Positions 49,595 through 58,631 of a DNA stretch of 64,000 bases are shown here, piece after piece. The stretch comes from Longimicrobiales bacterium (GTDB lineage: Bacteria; Gemmatimonadota; Gemmatimonadetes; Longimicrobiales; RSA9). The position numbers were made by a program, and so were the translations under genes. The number at the start of each line of letters is the position of its first letter. The first letter of the stretch is position 1. The notes beneath the pieces were generated by a model. It made no database searches. It saw nothing but the letters and a program-made list of their open reading frames with translations, and had not been told where the DNA came from. Location of the stretch: NCBI GenBank assembly GCA_035764935.1, contig DASTYK010000089.1, forward strand, positions 10,732 to 74,731, written 5' to 3'.

Positions 49595-52500
49595 ATGAGC
49601 AACGGCGAGGTACGCCGCTCCGACGTAGTCGCCGCGCTGCTCGCCGGCCTTGCGATCGGCTTCGTACTGATCGGGCTCTGGCTGACCGCGCGGCCGGGGC
49701 CGGACACCGCGACGCTCGCCGATCCGGATTCGACTGCCCGGAGCGAGCGCAGGATCGAGGCGACCACGGATACGGTCGCAGCCGACGAGGCGCGCGGCGG
49801 ATACGGCATGATCGCGCGTACCGATCGGCGGGTCGCCGAGCGCCTCGCCGCCGATCCCGTCCGCACGGCCCCGCTCCAGGGGGCGCTCCGGATCCGCGCG
49901 CGTGACGTCCGCTGGCTGGAGTCGGGCGGTCGCCAGTGGGCGACAGCGCCCGCACTCTCGGGGGTGCTCGACGCGAACGCCTTCCGCGGCGGGGATGTCG
50001 TCCTGCGCAACGTCGTGCTCGAGCGTGCCGACATCCTGTTGACGCAGACCGCCGAAGGCGCGCCATGGAACTACGAGCGCGTCCTCGAGGAGATGCTGGG
50101 TTCCGACGGCAGGCAGAGCGGCCCGTCGCGGCGCTTCGAGATCCACGGGCTGCGCGTGGTCGACGCGCGCATAGACGTCCGCCTGCCCGATCGTCGCATG
50201 CTCTTCCAGGACCTCAGCGCCACGGCATCCAGGGTGCGCCTGGCCGGGCCCGGCCTGAATGATCCTGACCTGCAGATCGCGCAGCTCGCAACCACACTCG
50301 TGCTGCCCGCGCAGGACGGCGACACGCGCCTCGCGATCACCGGCGCAGACGCGGAGCTGCGCATCGTCGACAATGGCGTTGCCTTCGACATCGCGCGCGC
50401 GGGCATCGATGATACGCAGCTCGCCGAGCTGAGCGGCGTCTGGGCGAATGACCTGCCCGGCTACGGGGTGCGCGCAACCGGCCGGGCACTGGACGTACGC
50501 TTTGCGGACATCCGCTTTCTCGCGCCCGAGCGCATCCCCGAGAACGGCACAGCCTCCTTCCGTTTTGCAGTCGATCCCGTCGACGACGTGCGCACCGCGA
50601 TCGAGCTGTCGGAGATCGATGCCTCGTCGGGCGATTCGCGGGTGAGCGGTGCGATCGACGCCATGCTGCGCAGCGACGGCTTCGCAGTGCAGAGCGCCGA
50701 TCTGCGTGTCGATCCGCTGTCCCTTGCGCTGCTGGAGCAGCTGCTGGGTCGCGAGCTGCCGTACGGCGGCACGCTGGCCGGCACGATCCGTGGCAGCGGC
50801 GGAGACATCCGCTTCGATCTCGACGCGCGCCTGACGAGCGATGCGACGACGACACCTCTCGTCACCAACCTTGCCGGCAACGTCTTCTTCGGTGACGACG
50901 GCTTCGCGTTGCGTGGCCTGGTGGCGACGCTGGACGATGCACCGCTCGCGGCGCTGCGCGCCGTGGTGCCCGGGCTGCCCTTCGGCGGCACGGTCAGCGG
51001 CCGCGTGGCTCTCGAGGGCATGCCCGGGGATGCGCCGCTGAACCTGGACGTGCGGCTGACGCTGGCGGAGGGGGTATTCAACGTCCAGGGCGTCGTCGAC
51101 CTCACGTCGTCGGTGCCCAGCTACGATCTCGAGGGCACGATCCTCGGCGTGAACCTGCAGACGGTGTTCACGACGTTCGCGCCCCCTGCCCTGCTCACGG
51201 GCCGCTTCACGCTCGATGGTCGCGGCTTCGACCCGGCCACGGCAAATGCACGCGTGTCGCTCGGTGGTCGCTTCACGGGCTGGGAGACGGGAGCAAACGA
51301 CGTCGTGCGCGCGAGCGCCGTGGTCGCGGGCGGTGCGGTGCGCATCGATACACTCACGATGCGCCTGGCGACGCTCACGCTCGCCGGCGCCGGACGATGG
51401 CAGTTCGTTTCGCCGCAGCAGGGCGCGATCACCTACGATTTTGCGATCAGCTCACTGCGCCCGTGGGCGCCGTACCTGCCGATGGCGGACTCCATGGCAT
51501 CGGGGTCGCTGGCGTCGCGCGGCACCGTGAACGGTCCGCTGGATGCGATCCGCATTGCAGGCACGCTGAACGGCTCTGAGCTGGAGCTCGGCACGGGCTG
51601 GTCGGCGCGCAGCCTGGAGGCCGAGTACGACGCCACCATCGGTCCCGCGGTTCCGCGCGTGCAGGTGCTGGCGACTGCACGGGAGCTGGGTACACCGACG
51701 GCCGGCATGTTCTACCTGATCACGGCGGACGTGGACCTGGCGTCGCCCGACTTTGCGCTGGAGCTGAGTGGTTTGCGCCAGGAAGACCAGGCGGAAGCGG
51801 TCGAGCTCATCGCAACGGGAAGCGTCCCGTACGAAGGGCTGCGCTCCATCGTCGTGGAGCGCGCACACCTCGACGTGGCGGACGGGCTCTGGCGTCTTGC
51901 GCAGCCCGCGACCATCGCGTGGGGTGGCGGTGACGGCGTGCACGTATCCGGCCTCGAGTTCCGCAACGAGGAGGGCGGTGGTCTCGTTGCCGTGAATGGA
52001 CGCGTGCTTCCACTCGAGCGCGCAGACGTGACGCTCGACGTGGAGAATCTTCCGGCGGCGGAGGTGCAGCAGCTCCTCGGACGCGACCCGATCCTCACGG
52101 GCGATCTCTGGGCGAGTGGCACGATCCGCGACCTGGGCACGGCGCCGGACGTCGATCTCACGTTCCGGCTCGACAGCGGCGCAGTCATGGACGTCGCGCT
52201 CTCGCGCTTCGCCGGCGACGTCGAGTACCGCAACGGGGCGCTGGTGACCACTGCGGAGGCGGTGTTCGATACGGCCGGTGTGATCGACATGGAGCTCGCG
52301 CTTCCGCTGCGCCTGGACGTTGCCGACTCGGTGGCTGTCGGCATGGGCGAGAGCGGCGCCGTGCGCGGTCGCATCGTCGCAGACCGGGTGCTGCTCACGC
52401 CATTCGAGCCGCTCTTCCGTGGCGTATACGACCTGCAGGGCTACGTCTCCGGCGCGGTCGTGATCGGTGGCACCGTCGACGATCCGCAGCTCGAGGGCAG

Positions 52501-53770
52501 CGCGCAGATCGTGCAGGGTGCCGCCACCTTCACCCCGGTCAACAAGCGCTACACGGAGATCCAGGGACAGCTCACGCTTGCAGACGACCGCATCGTGATC
52601 GATTCGCTCAGCGCACTCTCCGACGGTACGGCGCTGGTTACCGGAGTCATCACGCTCGAGCAGCTCGACGAGCCCGTGTTCGACCTCGCGGCGAACCTGA
52701 ACGACTTCGAGGTCATGGGCGTCGATAACGAGACGGATGCGGAAATGCGTGGCACGCTCGAGCTGACCGGTCCCATCGATGGGCTGCTGCTCACGGGCAC
52801 CGTCGGCGTAACGGACGGCGCCGTGCTGATCCCGCAGTTTACGCAGTCGACGCTGGACGAGGAGCTGTTCCTTTCCCCGGGCGAGACCTTCGACGATCCG
52901 CTGGCGCCGGCTTCGAGCTCACTGCTGGCGAACCTCACCATCAGCAACCTGCGCGTGGAGATCTATCCCGATACGTGGGTCGTGGTGCAGAACCAGGCAC
53001 GGGCGCAGCTGGGAGGTACGCTCCTGGTCAACAAACAGGGCGACGTGTGGCGCGTCCTCGGCGAGCTGGAAGGCGAGCGTGGCACCTACACGCTCGCTGC
53101 CGGGCCCGTGCTGCGGCAGTTCGAAATCAGCTATGCGCGTCTGCTCTTCCGCGGCGATGAGGAGCTGAATCCCGCGATCGAGATCACTGCGACGCGCACG
53201 ATCATCGACCAGAGCGGTCGACCGGTCGAGATCGACGTCAACATTGGCGGAACGATGCGGCAGCCTTCGCTCGGGCTGGCCAGCGGCAACGCGGCCAATG
53301 TCCCCGAGTCGGAGCTGCTCAGCTTCCTGTTCTTTGGACAGCCCAGCTACGCGCTCGGCGGAGGGGGAATCGCCAGTGGTGCACTGCTCGGTGGTGTCGC
53401 GGAGTTCCTGAGCCTCGGCATCGGTGAATCCTTCGCGGAGGCCGGGCTGCCGTTCGACCTGTTCCAGCTCAGGCTGGCGGGGATCGGCGGCGCGGGTGAT
53501 CCCACGGCCAGCCTCGTGATCGGCCGCGAGATCGTCGACGATGTGTTCCTGACCGTGGAGTCGTACCTGAACGCGCTGTTCGGCGGGAGCTCGACCGGCT
53601 ACGACGCCTGGGCGATCAGGCTCGAGTGGGCGTTCGACCGCCGCTCGAGCCTGAGCACTGGTGTCGAGCCGGTGAACAGCGCGCTACTGCTGCGGGGCGC
53701 GGGACTCGACCCGGCTATCTCTCCAAGACAACAATTCTTTGTCTCGCTCCGTCGCCGCTGGCTGTACTGA
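49595..53770 (+). CDS. tamB: Translocation and assembly module protein TamB (DUF490 C-terminus)
   Basis: 1391 aa with a single N-terminal TM anchor (VVAALLAGLAIGFVLIGLWL) and a long beta-rich repetitive body. The C-terminal region (LTVESYLN...WAIRLEWAF...RRRWLY) is TamB-like. Paired with an Omp85 gene. Confidence 0.75.
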   Translation: MSNGEVRRSDVVAALLAGLAIGFVLIGLWLTARPGPDTATLADPDSTARSERRIEATTDTVAADEARGGYGMIARTDRRVAERLAADPVRTAPLQGALRIRARDVRWLESGGRQWATAPALSGVLDANAFRGGDVVLRNVVLERADILLTQTAEGAPWNYERVLEEMLGSDGRQSGPSRRFEIHGLRVVDARIDVRLPDRRMLFQDLSATASRVRLAGPGLNDPDLQIAQLATTLVLPAQDGDTRLAITGADAELRIVDNGVAFDIARAGIDDTQLAELSGVWANDLPGYGVRATGRALDVRFADIRFLAPERIPENGTASFRFAVDPVDDVRTAIELSEIDASSGDSRVSGAIDAMLRSDGFAVQSADLRVDPLSLALLEQLLGRELPYGGTLAGTIRGSGGDIRFDLDARLTSDATTTPLVTNLAGNVFFGDDGFALRGLVATLDDAPLAALRAVVPGLPFGGTVSGRVALEGMPGDAPLNLDVRLTLAEGVFNVQGVVDLTSSVPSYDLEGTILGVNLQTVFTTFAPPALLTGRFTLDGRGFDPATANARVSLGGRFTGWETGANDVVRASAVVAGGAVRIDTLTMRLATLTLAGAGRWQFVSPQQGAITYDFAISSLRPWAPYLPMADSMASGSLASRGTVNGPLDAIRIAGTLNGSELELGTGWSARSLEAEYDATIGPAVPRVQVLATARELGTPTAGMFYLITADVDLASPDFALELSGLRQEDQAEAVELIATGSVPYEGLRSIVVERAHLDVADGLWRLAQPATIAWGGGDGVHVSGLEFRNEEGGGLVAVNGRVLPLERADVTLDVENLPAAEVQQLLGRDPILTGDLWASGTIRDLGTAPDVDLTFRLDSGAVMDVALSRFAGDVEYRNGALVTTAEAVFDTAGVIDMELALPLRLDVADSVAVGMGESGAVRGRIVADRVLLTPFEPLFRGVYDLQGYVSGAVVIGGTVDDPQLEGSAQIVQGAATFTPVNKRYTEIQGQLTLADDRIVIDSLSALSDGTALVTGVITLEQLDEPVFDLAANLNDFEVMGVDNETDAEMRGTLELTGPIDGLLLTGTVGVTDGAVLIPQFTQSTLDEELFLSPGETFDDPLAPASSSLLANLTISNLRVEIYPDTWVVVQNQARAQLGGTLLVNKQGDVWRVLGELEGERGTYTLAAGPVLRQFEISYARLLFRGDEELNPAIEITATRTIIDQSGRPVEIDVNIGGTMRQPSLGLASGNAANVPESELLSFLFFGQPSYALGGGGIASGALLGGVAEFLSLGIGESFAEAGLPFDLFQLRLAGIGGAGDPTASLVIGREIVDDVFLTVESYLNALFGGSSTGYDAWAIRLEWAFDRRSSLSTGVEPVNSALLLRGAGLDPAISPRQQFFVSLRRRWLY

Positions 53771-54710
53771 TCGGCTGCGTCGACAGGGCGCGCATGGCCG
53801 CGTCGAGGATGGCACTGCGAACACGCACGATGCTCTCGTCTGCCACGCAGCGACCCGGCGTGATCGGGTTGTGCTCGCGCAGTTCCCGCTCGACGGCGCG
53901 CGGCGTGCCCGGCCAGATCAGGATGGCGTCCGCATCGCGTGCGGCTGCACGGGCGCCATCGACGCCGTGCTCCACGCGGACGTTTGCAGCGACGTCCTGC
54001 CCCACGACTTCGCCGTGCTCGATCGCGCGGCGCAGCCGCTCGGCGGCATCCGCGGTCGGCGCGACGATGAGCAGGCGGCCGGACGTCGAATGCTGCCGTA
54101 GCTCCTCGACCACCTCGCGGGCGCAGGAGACTTCCACGACCTGCCGGCTGCCGGCGATCCTGCGCACCGTGCTGCCGTGGTATGGGGTAGTCACGAGGAA
54201 GGGTGCGGTCGCGACGAGCGGCTCCGTCGGATCAATGCCCTCGAGCTGCACGGGGACCGCGTTGACGCCGAGGCGCTCCGCGATCTCGAGCGCGATCGCT
54301 TCCGCCTGCGCGGCGTCATGCTCGAGCACCGGAATGCGTTGCTTCTCGATGAGCGCGACGGCCTGGATCAGCTTCAGCATCGTCGACGTGTCGAGTCCGA
54401 TGGCGCGCGCGCCCTCGTAGGCGTTCTCGAGCCAGCGGCGATGCAGACGCTCGAGCGGGCCGCCGGTCCGCTCCGGCTCCGAACCGCGGAGGTAGACGCC
54501 CGAGCGCGGCCGCACGCGTACCAGACCTTCCATCTGCAGGCGACGATAGGCAGCGGCGGCCGTCTTGCGGTCTACATTTTCAGCGTCCGCGACGTCGCGG
54601 ATGCTCGGCAGCCGTTCACCGGGTGCCCAGCGTCCGAGATAGAGGCCGGAAACAATCCGATCGCGGAGCTGATCCACGATCATCGAACCGGCGGCCTGCT
54701 GACGAGCCAT
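53715..54710 (-). CDS. GntR-family transcriptional regulator with an atypical roughly 250-aa C-terminal domain
   Basis: Winged helix LPSIRDVADAENVDRKTAAAAYRRLQMEGLVRVRPRSGVYL. The start is the ATG at 54710, behind the SD GGAGG. The 3' end overlaps tamB by 56 nt (convergent). Confidence 0.8.
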   Translation of the reverse strand: MARQQAAGSMIVDQLRDRIVSGLYLGRWAPGERLPSIRDVADAENVDRKTAAAAYRRLQMEGLVRVRPRSGVYLRGSEPERTGGPLERLHRRWLENAYEGARAIGLDTSTMLKLIQAVALIEKQRIPVLEHDAAQAEAIALEIAERLGVNAVPVQLEGIDPTEPLVATAPFLVTTPYHGSTVRRIAGSRQVVEVSCAREVVEELRQHSTSGRLLIVAPTADAAERLRRAIEHGEVVGQDVAANVRVEHGVDGARAAARDADAILIWPGTPRAVERELREHNPITPGRCVADESIVRVRSAILDAAMRALSTQPISTASGDGARQRIVVLER

Positions 54711-54753
54711 ACATTGCCTCCGTGATACGTGAAGCGTAATCAGTGACACGGGT

Positions 54754-54769
54754 TGCAAGATCGGCACCA
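54754..54769 (-). promoter_or_regulatory. Sigma-54-like -24/-12 element (TGGTGCCGATCTTGCA on the minus strand)
   Basis: GG-N10-GC spacing with a TTGCA -12 box, about 45 nt upstream of the gntR ATG. Confidence 0.3.
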
Positions 54770-54785
54770 GACGGCGAGGTGGGGC

Positions 54786-56549
54786 ATGGCGACAGGAGTT
54801 CTGGCGTTGTTGCTGCTGGTCAGCCAGCAGGCACAGCCCGCCCCGGAGGCGATCCGGGAGGATGCCCGACGCGTGGAGGCCGCCTACGAGCGGGCAGCGC
54901 GTCGCTTCGCGCCGGTCGTCGGACAGCGCACGGCCGACAGCCGCTGTGACGAGATCGTCGGCCGCTTCTGCATCAATTTCGATGTCGAGCCCGGCAAGCC
55001 GCCGGATGAGCCCGCCCGCATCACCGACGCGCGTCGCGAGGCGATCGACAGCCTGCGCCGGCAGTTCTCCGTGGTGCCCGGGGACCCCGCCATAGCGGGG
55101 CCGCTGGTCCGCCTGCTGATCGAAGACGCCCGGCCTTCCGAGGCAGTCGCTGCTGCACTGACGTTCGACGTCGAGACCACCGACTCCGTGTACGGCCCGC
55201 TCCTGGCCGGCTTTGCCCTGCACAACGCCGGGGAGGACAGCGTGGCGGACGCGTATTTCGCGCGTGCCATCGAGCACATGGACGCGACGCAGCGGCAGCG
55301 CGTGCGCTCCCTCGACTGGCTGCTCCGTGACGACGAGCGCGACCGCTATCACGAGCTCTCCCCCGCCGCGCGCGCGTCGTACGAGCAGACGGTGTGGACG
55401 CTTTCGGATCCGCTGTACCTCACGGCCGCCAACGAGCTGTGGCTGGAACATGTCGCCCGCCACACCTACAGCCGGCTCATGGAGCGCGTGCGGGTCGTGC
55501 GTGACATGGTGAGCTGGAGACGCGATCTCGAGCAGCTCACGATCCGCTACGGCATGCCGTACCGGCGTGGCCGCTATCACGGCGTCCGCTTCGATCAGTC
55601 CGGGATCGTCGAGTATTTCCATCCGGAGCAGCTCACCTACATGGTGAGCGATTTTCTGACCAGGGGGATGCCGCCGCAGCCGCCGCCGGGTGAGACGTGG
55701 CCGCTCGATCCGGACCGTCCGCGGTCCGCGTTCGCGCCGCCCGCCGTGCGCAGCATGGACGCGCTGCCGCACCAGGTCTCCCGCATCCCGATGGCAGATG
55801 GCTGGGTGGTGCGCGTGGACGGCGCGTTCGGACTGGACACGCTCGCTCGCGTGGCCCCGCCGCCCCTACCCGGCGACACCGCGCAGCCGCCACCACCGGA
55901 TCCGTCCACGGTCGACGGTGGGCTGTGGCTGCTCGACATGAATCGCAATGCGCAGCAAGCGGGGAGTGCACGTGCGGTGAGCCCGCTGAACGGCGACACC
56001 GCACACGTTACCCTCGCCGTCGCCGCCGTGCCGGGCGAGTACGTGTACTCGTTCGAAGGCCTCGAACCTGAGACGCGCACTGCTCGCAGGGCTCGGTACG
56101 CACTGAGCATCGAGGAGCCGGAGTCGGGACTGCGCGTGAGCGACGTGATCATCACCCGTCCCTTCGACGGCGATCTCCCCGAAAACCAGGACAGCCTCGC
56201 CGATCTGCCGCTCGCCGATCTCTCGCTGGAACGCGACACCCAGGTCGGCATTTTCGCGCAGGCGGCCGATCCCGGCCCGGGCAGCTACGAGGTCGAGATC
56301 GCCATACGCCCCGCCGACCGTGGATCCCTCCCCGGCCGCTTTTTGCGGTGGCTGGGACGCTCGCTCGGCCTGAGTGACGAGCCGGTGCCGCCGCGCGTCT
56401 CGTGGCGCGTCGTGCACGACGAGGGGCCGCTCGTGCTCGCCACCGACCTCACGCTGACCGGCACGCGCACCGGGCTGCAGATCATCGAGGTGGCGATCGA
56501 GGGGGAGCGCGGCCGCGGCGTCGGCAGACGGCTGGTCAGGATCGAATAA
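54786..56549 (+). CDS. Secreted protein with a divergent GWxTD-like domain
   Basis: Signal-like MATGVLALLLLVSQQAQPAP. The central segment YEQTVWTLSDPLYLTAANELWLEHVARHTYSRL ... SWRRDLEQLTIRYGMPY parallels the FW..DP..T..NE...R / GWxTD...YG.P pattern. Confidence 0.45.
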   Translation: MATGVLALLLLVSQQAQPAPEAIREDARRVEAAYERAARRFAPVVGQRTADSRCDEIVGRFCINFDVEPGKPPDEPARITDARREAIDSLRRQFSVVPGDPAIAGPLVRLLIEDARPSEAVAAALTFDVETTDSVYGPLLAGFALHNAGEDSVADAYFARAIEHMDATQRQRVRSLDWLLRDDERDRYHELSPAARASYEQTVWTLSDPLYLTAANELWLEHVARHTYSRLMERVRVVRDMVSWRRDLEQLTIRYGMPYRRGRYHGVRFDQSGIVEYFHPEQLTYMVSDFLTRGMPPQPPPGETWPLDPDRPRSAFAPPAVRSMDALPHQVSRIPMADGWVVRVDGAFGLDTLARVAPPPLPGDTAQPPPPDPSTVDGGLWLLDMNRNAQQAGSARAVSPLNGDTAHVTLAVAAVPGEYVYSFEGLEPETRTARRARYALSIEEPESGLRVSDVIITRPFDGDLPENQDSLADLPLADLSLERDTQVGIFAQAADPGPGSYEVEIAIRPADRGSLPGRFLRWLGRSLGLSDEPVPPRVSWRVVHDEGPLVLATDLTLTGTRTGLQIIEVAIEGERGRGVGRRLVRIE

Positions 56550-56666
56550 CGGGCGAGTCGGAGCAGTGGCTGCGTGTCGGGGCAAGCTTCGGCGGGCCAT
56601 CCGCGGGTGCAGCTTTCCGGGTTGCCTCGGCCTGGCCCGGCGTGGACCTGCGACCCGAGCTGACGC

Positions 56667-57443
56667 TCAGCTGCCCGGCGTGAAAAGCGGCACGGTCAGG
56701 CCGATCATCAGCCGCACGCCGCTCGTGTAGCCGACCTCATCCACGCGCGATTCCGCCTCGGGATCGGGCACCGCACGCGGCACGGCCGATTCCGAGATCG
56801 GGGTGCGCGCGATGTGGCTGCTCAGCTCGAAGTTGAGCAGCAGCCGGTGCCGCTCGAGCGGGATCACCGCACCCACGCCCAGCACGCCAGCCAGGCGCCG
56901 TTGCCGGTCGCCGTTGAACGCCATCTCTGCCGGCTCCGGCACGACCTCTTCTTCGCCGGTTCTCAGTCGATACTCGATTGCGCCGAGCCCGGCCACCGCG
57001 TACGGCTCCACGCGGCCGAGTGAAAGCGGGAGCCGGAACAGCAGGTCGACGTCGTACATCCAGACGTCGAGGCGCGACAGCGTCGGTGCAGTGTCCTCGT
57101 TGCTCTCGCCCAGCGCGGTGTACGTCTCCGTGCTGCGCAGCTCGAAGCGCGTCGGGGTCCATGCCCCCTGCACCCGCACCGCAACGCGCCGCCCGAGCCA
57201 GGCAGAAACCGCAGCCGAGCCGAGCACGCTCGTACTTGCCGAAAGGCGCTGCTCGAAGGGCTGGTCAGGACCAAGCCATTCTGCTTCCCTGCGGAAATCA
57301 CTGAACGCGATGCCGCCGCCGAACACGCTCAGCGCGACAACGCCTCGATGGAAGAGATAGTCGGCGGAAACCGCCTGGGCCTGCCCGCTCTGCGGCAGCG
57401 CCCCGAAACAGCAGCAGAGCAGGATCGCGATACGGCAGCGCAC
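56667..57443 (-). CDS. Outer-membrane beta-barrel protein (OmpA-like/porin-type 8-10 strand barrel)
   Basis: Signal peptide MRCRIAILLCCCFGALPQSGQAQA and an alternating hydrophobic beta-strand pattern. Has the strong SD GAGGAG. Confidence 0.55.
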   Translation of the reverse strand: MRCRIAILLCCCFGALPQSGQAQAVSADYLFHRGVVALSVFGGGIAFSDFRREAEWLGPDQPFEQRLSASTSVLGSAAVSAWLGRRVAVRVQGAWTPTRFELRSTETYTALGESNEDTAPTLSRLDVWMYDVDLLFRLPLSLGRVEPYAVAGLGAIEYRLRTGEEEVVPEPAEMAFNGDRQRRLAGVLGVGAVIPLERHRLLLNFELSSHIARTPISESAVPRAVPDPEAESRVDEVGYTSGVRLMIGLTVPLFTPGS

Positions 57444-57475
57444 TGGTTCTCCTCGCCGGTGACAGGACGGCGTGG

Positions 57476-57491
57476 GGCAAGCGGCGGGCCA
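57476..57491 (-). promoter_or_regulatory. Sigma-54-like -24/-12 element (TGGCCCGCCGCTTGCC on the minus strand)
   Basis: Exact TGGC-N7-TTGC, about 34 nt upstream of the barrel-protein ATG at 57443. Confidence 0.4.
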
Positions 57492-57537
57492 GTCCCGGCG
57501 CGCGCCGCCGAGGGTCTTCAGGGCAGGCCGCGCGGGC

Positions 57538-57645
57538 GTTCCCTTCCCTGCGCTCCCGCGGTCAGCGGCCGGGCGGCGTGGGCTGTCCCTTTCCTGCGCT
57601 CCCGGCCGTCAGCGGCCGGCCGCCGCGGCTTTTCCCTTCGCTGCG
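57538..57645. repeat. About 2.3 tandem copies of a 46-47-bp unit spanning the lgt stop codon
   Basis: Unit A (57538-57584), unit B (57585-57630, roughly 80% identical) and a partial third copy (57631-57645). Each full unit contains TCAGCGGCC, which in unit B is the reverse complement of the lgt stop codon and its last codons. Confidence 0.7.
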
Positions 57646-58469
57646 TTTGCGGGTGCTGCGCGGAACGGCGGCACGTTCGCCTGCTTGAACCACAGGGCGA
57701 GTGCGATGATGACCAGCAGGATGCTGACACCCTGGGACGTGGAAAGGCCGAACAGGAAGCGGTCGTCCTTGGCACGCACGAATTCGATGAGGAAACGCTC
57801 GATCGCGTACAGCCCGAGGAACAGCGAGAACAGGCGTCCCGGCGGCATCGCCTTCCTGCCCAGGTGCCACAGCAGTGCGAACAGAGGCAGGACGAGCGCG
57901 ATCTCGTAGAGCTGGGTGGGATGCACGGCAAGCACGGCTTCGTTCGGGAGGCCGGGGGGCACGTCCACACCAATTGCACGGAAGTGCCCGGCCGTGCTGG
58001 GCGGCGCGCCATTCGGGAACGCCACGCCGTACCAGCCGTCGGTGGGATTGCCGTAGTCGTCACCGACCAGGAAACAGCCCATCCGACCGATCGCGATCGA
58101 CAGGAAGAGCGCCGGTGCTGTCGCGTCGAACATCGGCGCGACCGGCAATCCGCGGCGCCTGACCTGCCAGTAGTACGCGAGGACGCCACCGATCAGGCCG
58201 CCGTACCAGACGAGGCCACCCCGGCTGAAGATCTCGCCCACGGGGTTCGCCGCGACGTCGTCCAGGTGCAGCAGCAGGTAGTAGATCTTGGCGCCGAGGA
58301 TGCCGCCGATCGCGATGCCCGCGAGCATGTCCCAGATCAGCTCACGCTCCAGGCCATAGCGTTCGAGCTGCCGCCCCGTCGCCCACGCACCGGCTATGAA
58401 CGAGAGGAACATCATGACGCCGAAGGACGTCACGACGAAGTCGCCGATGCGAAACAGCTCTGGGAACAT
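57609..58469 (-). CDS. lgt: Prolipoprotein diacylglyceryl transferase
   Basis: FGVMMFLSFIAG, GGLVWYGGLIGG and IGRMGCFLVGDDYG motifs. Confidence 0.92.
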   Translation of the reverse strand: MFPELFRIGDFVVTSFGVMMFLSFIAGAWATGRQLERYGLERELIWDMLAGIAIGGILGAKIYYLLLHLDDVAANPVGEIFSRGGLVWYGGLIGGVLAYYWQVRRRGLPVAPMFDATAPALFLSIAIGRMGCFLVGDDYGNPTDGWYGVAFPNGAPPSTAGHFRAIGVDVPPGLPNEAVLAVHPTQLYEIALVLPLFALLWHLGRKAMPPGRLFSLFLGLYAIERFLIEFVRAKDDRFLFGLSTSQGVSILLVIIALALWFKQANVPPFRAAPANAAKGKAAAAGR

Positions 58470-58517
58470 GCACTCGATCCGGGTCCGGGACGCGCGCCCT
58501 CGTGGCGCAGGCGGCCT

Positions 58518-58546
58518 AACATAGCGGCGCCCGCAGGTCGCCTCAA
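58518..58546 (-). promoter_or_regulatory. Possible sigma-70-type promoter for lgt
   Basis: On the minus strand: TTGAGG (58546-58541), a 17-nt spacer and TATGTT (58523-58518). Confidence 0.35.
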
Positions 58547-58548
58547 CG

Positions 58549-58564
58549 TGGCAGCGCCCTTGCG
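58549..58564 (+). promoter_or_regulatory. Sigma-54-like -24/-12 element (TGGCAGCGCCCTTGCG)
   Basis: The closest match to TGGCAC-N5-TTGC in the window. About 69 nt upstream of the nadE ATG, which has the SD GGAGG. Confidence 0.4.
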
Positions 58565-58631
58565 CCGTCCCGAGCGCCGGTTACCATAGCCCCGCGCCGT
58601 CGCAGGCGGCGCGTGCACGCAACGGAGGCGC

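Noticed and set aside
58590-58620. The hairpin CGCGCCG-tcgcagg-CGGCGCG in the nadE 5' region shares its arm sequences with the kdsB leader hairpin.
   Set aside because: Seven-base GC-only arms of this type are expected to recur by chance at this G+C content. There is no T-run or other supporting feature.
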